In this document: one piece after another, positions 43,137 through 54,677 of the stretch
Layout: each line of letters starts with the position of its first letter
How positions within the stretch are numbered: the first letter of the stretch is position 1
Origin: Flaccisagitta enflata
Lineage: Eukaryota
Length of the DNA: 64,000 nt
NCBI GenBank assembly: GCA_965153355.1
Contig: OZ231126.1
Location: 35,898,001-35,962,000, forward strand
Reading direction: 5' to 3'
The notes under the pieces: model-generated
Told to the model about the DNA's origin: nothing
The model's input: only the letters and a program-made list of their open reading frames with translations
Databases searched by the model: none
Program-made: the position numbers and the translations under genes

Positions 43137-43821
43137 GCTATCGATTATTGAGGCCCAGAAAGCAAAACGTGTTGCTGATGGCAAAAAAATCAACAGCATC
43201 TGCTCTAGGTTTACTAATGAGTATGGACCGCCGTGGAAAAAGATGGAAATTGCCAAGAAACTCCGCGCCATTCCAGAAAAGAAAAAAATTGATGCTGTTC
43301 ATCTTATGATAGAATATTTAGCAAAAGTTTGCCGAGCAGAGTTGCCCAACAAGGACTGCACAAAAAAATCCAAGGGAAAGCGTACATACAACTTGGAGGA
43401 AAAAATTGTCCACTTACATCAAATATTTGACCACAATCCTCACTTGAACACGAATGATGCCCCAGCGCCGATGGAGATGGACGAAAATCCTCCGGCACGA
43501 GTCCCGCCACGTTCAATTGCTGATAATGCAACATCAATTATTCGTAATATTAAAAAAAAAACCGAGATTGGATTACAGAAGATAGCAGTTCGTCGCTCAA
43601 AGAAACGGTTAGATGCTGTCACTGAAAACCCCGATTCTCTTACTGGTGCCGCGTTCAAACGAAAGATGGTCTCCAGTCCAGAGGCAGTTTGGAAGAAAGG
43701 CACGGTCATGAAACCTGTAAAATCCAAGAAGACGGTTTTATTCAGAGTGAAAATTGGTAACCAAACTACGGAAATAAACCTGCTTAGAGAACTCAAAACA
43801 GGTCACATCATTCTCATGTGA
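43137..43821 (+). CDS. Stop-free terminal exon: helical region plus Spin/Ssty (Spindlin)-like Tudor domain
   Basis: The frame is open from 43096 to the stop at 43819-43821. A phase-2 acceptor ccaaag|G joins the previous exon as ...SHR|LSIIEAQ. The C-terminus SLTGAAFKRKM...WKKGTVMK...LFRVKIG...INLLRELKTGHIILM* resembles the remembered Spin/Ssty pattern LVGK...WxGxV...YxIxY...LLxDYxxGDLxI. Confidence 0.6.
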
Positions 43822-44853
43822 TTGAGTACACCTTTTTTTTATAAGAACATCGTTTTTTGAGCAAGCCTTCAATGTTCCTAAATTTTAACACTTTCAAGGT
43901 TTGAATGTTCTTAAATTGTTCTTAATTAAAACGCACTCCTTAACCTTCAATTAAAAACGTTCTTAAGTAGTTTTAAGTTTGTTGTTAAAGAGAAAATGAA
44001 GAAAAATGTTAATAGAACAACAAAGTAGCAGATTTAAACGTTTTGAATAAATTAAGATCAATGAAAATAAAAAAATATTTGCTATATAAAGAAAGAAATG
44101 ATTGGCTGAACAGAAAAGATATAGAGTCTATCATTTACAAAGAACAATTGATTAAAAAAAAGCCCAGAAACAAAATGTTCTTAGATTTTGAACATTTTAA
44201 GCCTAGTGTTTTTAAATTTTCAAAGGAATGAAGCCTTCCAATGTTCTTAGCATGTTCTTATATTTTTGACAATTTGAAGCCTAACGTTCTTATAAACTTG
44301 GTTCTTATAAAAAAAAGTGTATCTAGCTGCGGACTTAACTGTTATGCTTAAGGTAAAATGTTATGCTTAAGTTAAAAAGTGTAAACTCGAATTTTGCCCC
44401 TTCCCCCCCCCCCCCATCTGCTATCATGTTTAGAGGTGCTCTGAGGGATGATATGTCCAATCGTCAAGTCCAGTCCTTCAGTCTTTTTTTACTCTTTTCA
44501 GTTTAATGTATTTGATAAATTCAATCTGCTCTCTGTTACCCAGCGTTACTGTCTTTTTCACAAAAGATTTGATAGCTTTCTCTGCTGTGACCACACGGCA
44601 AAATACAATAATCATTCATAAAAGCGCTCACAATCTTTCAGTAGGACTTGGTAGGTACTAGGTTGGTAGGACTGTTAGTATTTTACGCGTCATTTCAAAA
44701 GAGGCCCAAATTCTAGCCTTGAAATTCCAATTCTTAAAGTAATTCAGGTCTTGATAAGGCCGGATACAAGAAAAGACAGCCAAAGACGGTTGGGCAGGGG
44801 CAGTAATGTAAAAACCGTTAAACAGACGACTGCAGAAAATATGCACACAACAT

Positions 44854-45370
44854 TTGGGTGCTTCACATAGCAAAAGTTTTTTATTTCTTCTTGCCCTCTT
44901 TACCTAATGTGGAGTGGCTAATTTTAGGACCCTTACCATTTTTCTTTTATCAAAAATCGTTCATCTTCCGTTTTCTAGAAAATTGTTTTCTGAGGGCCTA
45001 ATTTGCATAATGCAGTGGGATAAAACAATATGCTGATATTGTTTGAATTAGCTTTTGCAAATTTCTTTTTTTTTAAAGAATTACACTTCTGCCCTTTCAT
45101 AAGCTTTTTCATAGCCTATGTTCTAAGATTTTAGTTTATTTTTACAAGCATCATGATTTTTTAAAACAAATAATTGTTCTTTTTGTAACAAAACCACACA
45201 GGATTTTGCTGAATTCGGGGAAATCTGTGGAAACTTTAAGGCCAAAACAAAAACAGAAGATGAAGGAATTTTGAAAAAAGAAAAATGGTCATCTTCATGA
45301 TTTTTCTACCTCCACATTACATAAATAGGGTGAAGGGATACTCCCAACTTTTGCTATGCGAAGCACGCAA
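44854..45370. mobile_element. MULE-like MITE with 9-bp TSD ACACAACAT (second copy at 47317-48000, TSD ATCCCACAT/C)
   Basis: TT(G/T)(G/A)GTGCTTCAC...AGCAAAAGTT is inverted at the other end in both copies. Confidence 0.8.
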
Positions 45371-48300
45371 ACACAACATAGGTCACAGTGCAAATGAAGG
45401 CAAAATTAGACAACCATAAACATTCATGACCTACTGAGCTGAACCTCAAAGATTGTAACAAATCAAAGCAGGCTTTGTTTTTTTACTTACATTATCCTCA
45501 TACAAAATGCTTAAAAGTAAAAAACTAAGAAACTTGATATTGCATTGATGAAAAACAGAATTCCTTGAAAATACAGTTGCAAGAATTTATAAAAGCAGTC
45601 AGGAGAAATTCTAAGATTGTCTTCAGCTTCAAATTTTGGCATTTTTAAAAACAAAGCCCTATTTTCTTGTGTGTTAAGAACAAGGCTATGTTTATGGAAA
45701 TGCAAATCTATCAAATTGAAGGCTGGCTTAGAATTTCACCTAAGACAACTCATATTTCAAAATCAAATTTTCTTTATTAATCCACAATTTTTACATCATT
45801 TATCTTTATTCTTTTACATTTAAGTGAGATATAAATTATCTCTCAAGCAAAAATATCATTAACAGAAATAAATAAACCTATTTTTAGTTTTAAAAATCAT
45901 CATTCTAGGAAATTAAGAATTATCAAATAAATGTGTTGACTCATTAAATTTTGTCCAAATTCTATTTGTGACATAAATTGCGTAGGACTAGTCAAGTCAT
46001 GGCATAAAAAGGGTTGTGTGTCTCTTACTAAGAATAACATATCCACAATCAATGCAATAATGACAAAGAGTTACAGTTCAAAACTTTTGTTAAATCGACA
46101 TTCTACCTTGACAATGACATCAAGTGGTTGGGTGTGTCAATACGAAGAAGTCAGTAAAAGTATTTTTGATCAATTCATTGATATAAAAAAAACAAGGCAA
46201 GATACACGGCTATTTCAGTGATGTGCGGGTGAGCAGGAGCAGTGCTCGAGGACATCACTAGAACATTTGGGCAGGAGCAGTAGGCTCAAAAAGCTCAAAA
46301 ACTCAAAAACGCCAAAAAAAGAAAAAAAAAAAACAGACCAACAAACTGACCGACATAGTGAGGTGTAAAGTCGCGTAGCACGCAAAAAAATACATAAACT
46401 TTTTATTTTCTTTTAATTTCAGAAAGCTCAAAAACGCCAAAAAAATAAAAAGGGGACCAACCAAGCAACCGACCGACCAACTGGCCAACCAACCGACGGA
46501 CCAACATAGCAGGGTGTAGAGTCGCGTAGCACGCGACTACAAAAGTCAAACTTTACATTTTAAAATTCTGATTTTGCCATGTTTTTTTAGTTGCGGACAA
46601 GCAACTCTATTAGAGGCTTTGTCCATCCATCCGTCTGTTGGTCCGTCGGTCCGTCTGTTGGTCTGTCGGTCCGTCTGTCCAAGGTCATCGAGTTGAAATG
46701 TTAGAAAACGAGCATTTTTGATACTTTTTGTGTATGTTTGGATGTTTGGGGTAGGTTTGGGTGTGGATGGGGGTTGGATGCCCCTGCCCACCCGTCCGCA
46801 ATGATATTGTGACCCCGCGTCACTTGTTTATTCAATTTTCAATCACATCATTTTGTATATTATCGCTGATAAGAATTCATTAAAAATCCTTTTTATTTTC
46901 TACTTCATAAAAAAAAAATAAAGAAAACACACAAAAAAAAACTAGAAAAATATAAGATTGGGGTATCTGCTAGGACACCAAAAAAGTATATAATGAAAAA
47001 TATAAAGTAATAAAACAAGGCCAATATACAGCTACCGAAGTCGCGTGCGGGTGGGCAGAGGCCATATTTGAGGTCACCAGACCATTTTGGCAGGAGCAGG
47101 GAAGTCGAAGTAATAAAATCATAAAAAAAAGTAAAGTGTGACCGACCGACCAACTGACCAACCGACCAACCGACGGACAAAACGGGTTGTAGAGTCGCAT
47201 GCAAGCGACTAAAAACATTTAATATTTCATATGGTTTAATATTTAATAGTCCCATCAAAAAACCATTTGCATATTGACACACCCAAATTGTTATCAGCAT
47301 CTTATCTATCCCACATTTTAGTGCTTCACAAAGCAAAAGTTTGGAGTATACCTTCACCCTATTTAAATAATATAGAGGAATGAAAATCATGAAAATGACT
47401 GTTTTTCCTTTTTTTTAAATTCCTTCATCTTCCATTTCTATTTTAGCCTTAAAATTGCCACAGAAATTCCAGAAATCCGCAAAATCCCAATTAGTTTTAA
47501 AAGGACAAATCTTGGTAATATTGAAAATTGAGTAAAATGTTAGAATGTAAACTGTAAAAGAGCTCACTTAAAAAGCAGATTACCAACTCTATAAAAAGAA
47601 AGAATTAATAATGGCTAATTCAAAGATTATCAGCTTATTATTTCATCCCACAACTTAGTCTTCAAAATGAAATTGCTAAAAAGCAGAAAATGAATGATTT
47701 TTAATAAAAGAACAAGGCCAACATCTAGAAGTCGCGTGCGAGACTTACATTTAAAATGACTTAGAATGATGTAGAATGACTTAGTATACTCTTATATGAC
47801 CTAAAATGACCTGAAGAAAAAAAATTGACTAAAAAAGTAAAGTGTGACCGACCGACCAACCGACCAACCGACCGACAAACAAAGCGAGGTGTAGTCGCGT
47901 GCACACGACTAAAAATTGTAAAGCTCTTAAAATTGACCATCCCCTATTAATTAAAGAGGGTGAAAAGAAATAACCAACTTTTGCCATGTGAAGCACCCAT
48001 ATCCCACACTCAGCTTCTGAAGAATCCAACCCACAGCCTTTCAATATTGTCCTCTCCCCCCTTTAGCCCCCTTAAGCTCAACCTTCACTTCCTTATACTC
48101 TCATCCCCACCTCCCCCTCAGCCTCTCTTCCATCTCACAATTCACAAATGCTCAAACACATTCCTCCCTCCGCATCACACCTTCTTTGCTCTACCCCACA
48201 CATTCCTCCATTTCCTTCTTACCCATATCCCTCATCCTCTCACCCATATCCCTCATCCTCTCACCCTTACCCCTTTAACTTTTTGCTGGACAGCCCCCCT

Positions 48301-48784
48301 TCAGCTTCTCACCCAGCCCCCTTGCGCTTCTTATCTTAGCTTACCCAGCCCCTTCCCTCGAAAGCTTCTCACCCCCTTCATCCTTTCACCATACCTAAAT
48401 TAGGCCTTTCCCCCCCCCCTCCCCCAGCCTCTCTCGACGTACAATTTTCTCTACCCACCTTGATCACTTACCTTTACTTTCAAAAGATGTTACTTCTCAC
48501 GCAAAAGTCAACAAACAGCGACGGCGTGGTCCTTTTCCAACTGTGACAGAGGTTGAGCCAAGCAGCTAGACTGAGCAGATTAAATCGTCTGGCAGATAAT
48601 CACGGAACTGTTGGATGGTAGTGCGCGACCAACTTGAAAATGCGCTTAAATTAGCAAGTTTTTGTTAACAACATTTTTACATAAGCTGGCTTAGGTGTAG
48701 GAGCCAGCCGGACATGCGTAAGCACATATCTTAGGATTTTTTCATGCGATACTGCCCCAACATAGAAGTCAGTAGCTAACTCGG

Positions 48785-49205
48785 ACCCTACACCCTTAAA
48801 CCTTACCCCACACCTACCCCTAAACCCACACCTACCCCTAAACCTATCCTTAACCCTAAACTCAACGGCCAACCCTACACTTAAAACCCAACCCTACACT
48901 TAAAACCCAACCCTACCTATTAACCCAACCCTACCTATTAACCCAACCATCCATAAATCTACCCCTACCCCTAAACTCAATCCTACCCCTAAACTCAACC
49001 CTACCCCTAAACTCAACCCTACCCCTAAACTTAACCCTACCCCTAAACTCAACCCTACCCCTAAACTCAACCCTACCCCTTAACTCAACCCTACCCCTTA
49101 ACTCAACCCTACCCCTTAACTCAACCCCACCCCTAAACTCAACCCTACCCCTAAACTCAACCCTACCCCTCAACCCGACCCTAGCCCGAAACCCAACCCT
49201 ACCTT
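48785..49205 (-). repeat. The same ~18-bp repeat on the opposite strand (AACCCTACCCCTAAACTC)n
   Basis: About 20 units; source of the spurious RGRVEF-repeat ORF 48931-49311. Confidence 0.9.
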
Positions 49206-49540
49206 TAGATACGACCCTATGTTCTAACTGTACCCCCACCCAATGTTCTACCTCATTGAAACCAGCGATAAAAGTAAGGTTGGACAACTGCAATGTAAGT
49301 CCACGAGGCACGACCAGCCGTCTCCTACACGTTGACCCGTTTGGTCAATCGTCCAGAGTCTCCAAAAGTCAGCGGAGCGTAGCGAGTGACACGCTTTCAG
49401 AAGATGCAACTTTTTTTTCCTTTTTTTTTCCTGTAAATTATTTACCCCCCTACGAAAACTTCCGAGAATAATAATCAGCTGGCTGATTAATGATTCGCTC
49501 AATGTAGGTTGATCTCGATTCCCATTGGTCATCGGTGGCA

Positions 49541-49607
<67 letters not shown>

Positions 49608-50317
49608 GCACACACACACACACACACACAATCATAATGAGACAGAGACAATGAGTGAGAGTGTGCACGAGTGGTGGCGCCAACTCATGGATAGAATGAG
49701 GTAGCCTGAGGACAGAGAAAACAAAAAGTAGGGGATAATACAACTTACTGCCGTAGATGGCGTCCCCACTTTGTCGGAGATGCGACCAGATATCCCCTTT
49801 GTTTATGAAATATTCAATCCAAAGTTAAAAATTATCAAAAGCTCACTGTAAACCAAACTACAATCTAACCTGATCTTAAAAGTACGGAAAATCCTATAGA
49901 ATCTAGAATATTTACATGAAACGTCGATGGTTGAAGTTATATGCATAACTCCTATTTCTCATTCCCCACTCCCTTGCTTCGAAAACAGCTCTGTATTTAC
50001 CACCTCTAGCGTAAAAGCAAAAATGAAACTGATGAGCTAGCTTTTTCAGTACCGAGTACGGTAAGCCCGTTTTTTAATCAAGAACCATGAACAAAGATAT
50101 TCATCCGCGCTGGCCGCCGAATCCCTAGAAATTGAGCTTTAGATGGTCCCAACATTTCCAGCAGAATAGGTGACAATTTTGGCGATTACTTTTGAATGGA
50201 TGAATGGATTTGAATTTTTTTTTCTGCATTGGACTATTGCTACAGAACCGCTTCGGTATTAATAGTCAATGAAAATGAAAGTATTCGGGATAAGATTCAG
50301 CCGGCCTACCCACTTAA

Positions 50318-50860
50318 AGTAGTTGAGATAATTGATTTCCGTAAAAAGTTCCTGAAAGGTATGGTGGATGCATTTTATGATGTGTAACTCCCAGGATTTT
50401 TTTACGAAAATCTGAACCTCTTGACACAAGGAGAAATATCAATCAAAAATAAAAAAAACAAACATTATTTTCGGTTTTTGGCTGAACAATTTTGTTTGAG
50501 TTGATCTTATTTCCGGATGAATTGAGCTACAGATACCAGATTGGTCTCAAATCAAAGCTAATTTACAGTGGTTTTAAGAAATACAATGAGGAAAACTTTT
50601 TTTAATAGTACGTAACATTACCTGCATCGTCACGTCACATTAGGTGTTAAGAAAATCTATTTTTCACTCAAACTTTTTATCAAGAGTTGATTCATTGTTC
50701 ACACAATTGTCAAAAATATCACATGAGCCTTTCAACTGAAGTTTTCCCAAAAACTACTACAAAAAACCTTCCATCTGAGACCAATCTGGTGTCAGTATTT
50801 CAAACTGCATCTACCATACCTTTCAAGAACTTTTTACGGAAATCAATTATCTCAACTACA
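50318..50860. mobile_element. TTAA-TSD MITE (Kolobok-like AG terminus) at the inner edge of the right TIR
   Basis: TTAA|AGTAGTTGAGATAATTGATTTCCGTAAAAAGTTC...GAACTTTTTACGGAAATCAATTATCTCAACTACA|TTAA. Confidence 0.8.
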
Positions 50861-50910
50861 TTAAGAGTTACGTTGTCATAGAATATTACAAACGAAAAAA
50901 AAACATACTG
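50861..50910 (-). repeat. Right TIR of the giant element
   Basis: 50-bp inverted match to 21962-22010, followed by TA. Confidence 0.85.
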
Positions 50911-51429
50911 TAGAGCATCTACTCAAGCCAGAAATTTAATTATTTCAGAAATATGAAGATTTCGACTGATTTTGACAAGAATTTTTTCGATGATGAAAAG
51001 GTACAAATATCATTATTTTCCTCCAAATAAAGGGGAAGAAAGCTGCCATTCCCGGGTTATTATGTAACCCCCGGGCCAAAATGAGGCAAGGGAGCAAAGA
51101 TACGGCCAGTGACAGCCCTACAAAATAAGAGAATCCTTTTAAGAAAAGGATGATCTCAGCAATCAATTTTGTACTTCTTTCAGAAAACATTAGCGTGGTA
51201 ACAATTAACAGAAGACATAAGGAGCCGTTTGTGAACACGCATTGGACATTATTTCTGCAAAACCATGATTTTAATAACATATTCCAAAGTTATCATTCAA
51301 CCTGGACTATTGGCAAATGATTTATTAAGCATTTAAGGACAAGCTCTATCCTAGTACGCCTAATTTTGAGAGGGGTGTTAGAATGACAAAACATAATTTT
51401 GCTTCATTCAAGTCGCGCTGATTCTCTGA

Positions 51430-52277
51430 CACTGTGCTTTTAAAAAAATTCTCAGTGGAAAGTCATATAACTGTGGGTTTTTTTGCATTTTTGAGCAGTA
51501 TTGGGATGTAATAGCATGTAACTAGCAAAAAAAAAATCATTCCCCGAGCGCTTATTGAGTAATCTTCAAAATAAAAAAAGATTAAACCTTTTTGTAATGC
51601 AGATTCTAATGAGTTGTATTGGCTCATTTTTAGTCGCGTGCTACGCGACTCTACAACCCGCTTTGTCGGTCCGTCCGTCGGTCTGTCGGTCGGTGCGTCA
51701 GTCCGTCGGTCGGTCCGTCCATCCGTCGGTCCGTCAGTCCGTCACACTTTACTTTTTTTTGCTTTTTGCGGTTATTAGCCTCACTGCTCCTGCCCAAATG
51801 ATCATGTGACCTAAAATACAGCCCCTGCCCACCCGCACGCGACTGGGGTAGCCGTGTATCCGGTCTTGTTTGATTCCATATTGTTATTCTATACAAAATT
51901 TCCTTTCATTTGATAGGTCGCACTATATGGTTTTATATAGAAATTAGGTTTTCATATTTTGAGCTACCGTTACTTTTTTGTAACAGTGTCTCAAAAAATG
52001 AAAATTTTAATTCTTTGCAAAAGTATATAGTGCGACCTATCAAATGAAAGTGTATTTTGCATAGAATAACAATATAGAATTTACTCAACACATCCCAGAA
52101 GAATCTGCATTAAAATTAGGTCTATTTTTTTCTGATTTTGAAGGTTACTCAAAAAGCGCTCAGGGAATGATTTTGTTTTTGCTAGTTACATGCTCTTACA
52201 CCCCAATACTGCTCAAAAATGCAGAAAAACCCACAGTTATATGACTTTTCACTCAAAATTGTTTTAAAAGCAAAGTG
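51430..52277. mobile_element. Palindromic MITE with CAC termini and 4-bp TSD CTGA; nested HINE at 51627-51871
   Basis: CACTGTGCTTTTAAAA...TTTTAAAAGCAAAGTG. Confidence 0.85.
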
Positions 52278-52636
52278 CTGAGATTAGGGTCACTGTTTCC
52301 AGTGAGAATGTTTGATTTCGGCAGACATTCATAATGTAATGATGATGATTCATTGAAAGATATGAAAATAGGAATATAATCGACTGAGGCCTCAAGGAAA
52401 CTATCAGTAAAAGAAAAAAAGAAAAAACTTACAATTTTGCTTTTTTTTTTCGGTTTCCATAAAGACAAGAAAAAATGGTTTCTTGAACAAGAATCGATTT
52501 GATGTCAGCCAGAAATTGTGAAAAAAAAGTCGGCGAAGACAAAAACGAAGAAAGCAAAAGGGAGTGGAAATGATATCGGAAACATAAAGGAAGAAAAAAT
52601 CGACGGATAACTAAATTGGAGAGGAAGGAACTGAAA

Positions 52637-52728
<92 letters not shown>

Positions 52729-53531
52729 AGACAGACAGACAGACAAACAAAGACAGAGACAGAGACAGAGTCAAAGAGAGAGAACGGAAGGACCGACAAA
52801 TGTGTACTTTTTGTGACCGGAAAAAAAAAAGAAGACAAGTTAGTTTTGTCAAGTAAGGCTGACTTACACAAACAGGATATATATCTATTCAGCGAGCGAA
52901 CGTGGAAAGGCAGGAGGCGGTGGAAAAAAGAATAAGCCTGAATAAAGGAAAAAATTCAAAAAAATACAGACGACGAGAATTGAAAAGCATAAACAAGACA
53001 TGAATATATGAATGAAATAAAAAGAGTGCCATGAACTAAGGCGTAAGAGTGAAGGAGTGGGACCGTGTGATGTAGAGAAGAGCGCTGGATATTTTTTTGT
53101 CATGATACAAGGATCTGGGAATTGAGCAAAGGGGAGGTAGGGGCTTGGGGATCAGGATGGTGGGGACATGAACAACGCCATTCTTTTTGTAAACAATTTA
53201 ATGAAAAAAAATAAATGAATTAGTAGATAAATAAATCAATCAATCAATAAATCAATGACAACAAATCTAACTTGATGAGAGGATACAGTAACTGTCATTT
53301 AAAAACATAGAATGATAAAAAAATACCACTTAAAGATTCGGCCCACACCAGTCACGTGTGAGTTGGCTAATAACCTAACTGAAGTTGTAGGATGACAACC
53401 AGAACAGAAACGGTGAGCAAAAAGTAAAGTGGAAACCATCTCAAGGAAACAACGCAGACAATCATAAAGGAAAGATTCAATGAAGGGGGTTTCCACTCCA
53501 CTGCACTGGGTGCTACGTTAGCCGCAGACTA

Positions 53532-53624
<93 letters not shown>

Positions 53625-53625
<1 letters not shown>

Positions 53626-53847
53626 AGTTGCGGACACGCAACTCTATAAGAGGCTTTGTCGGTCCGTCGGTCCGTCTGTTGGTCCGTCCGTCCATTGGTT
53701 CGTAATGATCGAGTCGAAAAGTGGGAAAGCAAGCAATTTTGATACTTTTTGAGTATGTTTGTGTGTGGAGGGGGATCGGGCTGTAGATGGGGGTTGGACG
53801 CCCCTGTCCACCCGTCCGCAACGATATTGTGACCCCGCGTAACTTGT
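53625..53847 (+). mobile_element. HINE-like family B (representative copy)
   Basis: TAGTTGCGGACACGCAACT hairpin, (GTCC/GGTC)n, then CCCGTCCGCAACGATATTGTGACCCCGCGT.ACTTGTT. Other copies: 5996-6230, 20330-20620, 22828-22957, 23260-23420, 28608-28797, 46565-46828, 55856-56012. Confidence 0.75.
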
Positions 53848-54677
53848 TTTTCTCTTTCTCTCTTTCTCTTTCATTTTCTCTTTTTCTCTGTCCTTCTTTT
53901 CAAAGATGAGAGTCTGGACAACAAGGATGGGTTTTTATTGGGTTGTCATCGGCCTGTCAGAGTGGGCGAGAGAAAAGAAGAAAAAAAACTGTGTTGAGGT
54001 GCGATATTCGCGTGTGGACGTCTTCCAGCGTTTGCCACGCTTGAGGCTTCGTGCCATTCTGTAACCGGAACCGCGCGCCATCTTTCAACACCGCCGAGAG
54101 GGCTAAAGTGCCATTACAGGAATGAAAGAGCTCGAGAGACAGATAAAGAGAGTGCATTAACATTTCCAGGCCAAAAGATATCAAATATCATTTTGGATCT
54201 GAGATTACCATGACTGGATGTTATTTCAGAACAGAATGTGATGGTATATTAAATCTTTCGGGTTTCAGCTGCGGCATTCTGAAAAGGAAACCTCATTGCT
54301 AAGTGCTATACTTTCAAAAAGAAGTTGTATTAATTCAGACCAGATACGCCAAACTCTGGTCACTTTTGCCTAGATCTTATCGACGATTTCAGATATTTAG
54401 CTACGAAGTGAATATTGTATTCATATCTTTGTCATGAATTGAGTAATTAAGTCGTCATTACGGAAATTACATCTCACGAGATGTTTTAAGGATTTCCCGC
54501 TTCATAAATCCAACCCGCCATATTTGCCATTCATTGTGTGGTGACTCAAAGGATTGTGGCGATCGAGGAGAAATACAATTTTAAGAATCACTGGGAAGTG
54601 AAATACAGAAAGACTTTGGAGAATAAGGATCCTGATGAAGAATGAAAAGAAGCAGTTGAAGTGCAAAGTCTCAGGGT

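Larger units (their letters stand above)
30714..43821 (+). pseudogene. Multi-exon DDE transposase relic (CxxH-insertion type, hAT/P/MULE-like) with a C-terminal Spindlin-like Tudor domain
   Basis: Colinear plus-strand fragments: 30714-30846 joined to 31886-32240 (HVRCCYISFL...VAPT|VDVVFG...AVIAVVTRNRKNKKYSVWQFTSNG; GTC at 32082 may be a mutated first D); 33075-33230 (SVLDKCP, candidate second D at 33084; ECGLHRL, CxxH at 33212-33223); 34741-34988 (FFEKQ*KNSIF...GFL...CAVFDHL); 35381-35430 joined to 35962-36080 (GVGWIDQ...MMPLCTLV); 37706-38106 (LLEGGHW...SVPITNQRGEGDFGAL, candidate E at 37871); 43137-43821. The core has stops and frameshifts. Confidence 0.7.
44420..49795 (-). pseudogene. Second, convergent, decayed multi-exon gene of the giant element (function unknown)
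   Basis: Minus-strand GTAAGT donors at exon ends 49749, 48472 and 45491. A 43-nt intron at 49706-49748 has a long polypyrimidine acceptor. TACTAAC followed by cctag precedes 44657. Coding-like frames: 48472-48777 (single frame, 3 stops), 45492-45740 (NRALFLKMPKFEAEDNLRISPDCFYKFLQLYF) and 44425-44657. Confidence 0.4.
21962..50910. mobile_element. Giant (~28.9 kb) TIR DNA transposon with TA target-site duplication, decayed and filled with nested insertions
   Basis: The left end 21962-22010 (CAGTATG-T8-CGTTTGTAATATTCTATGACGACGTAACTCTTAA) is the reverse complement of the right end 50861-50910 (TTAAGAGTTACGTTGTCATAGAATATTACAAACG-A9-CATACTG), with 1 mismatch and 1 homopolymer indel. TA flanks both ends (21960-61 and 50911-12). 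The span encloses transposase-like exons. Confidence 0.8.

Noticed and set aside
45950-46060. Plus-strand PHD-finger-like peptide (ICDINC...SWHKKGCVSL)
   Set aside because: Cys/His spacing is incomplete, and neighbouring splice signals favour the minus strand.
48785-49205. True telomere or RG-repeat protein
   Set aside because: Interstitial, degenerate 18-bp unit rather than pure TTAGG/TTAGGG; the ORF is a by-product.
49660-49770. CTCF-like motifs (AGTGGTGGCGCC, CCGTAGATGGCGTC)
   Set aside because: Single degenerate matches that overlap the candidate minus-strand exons; not supportable without data.
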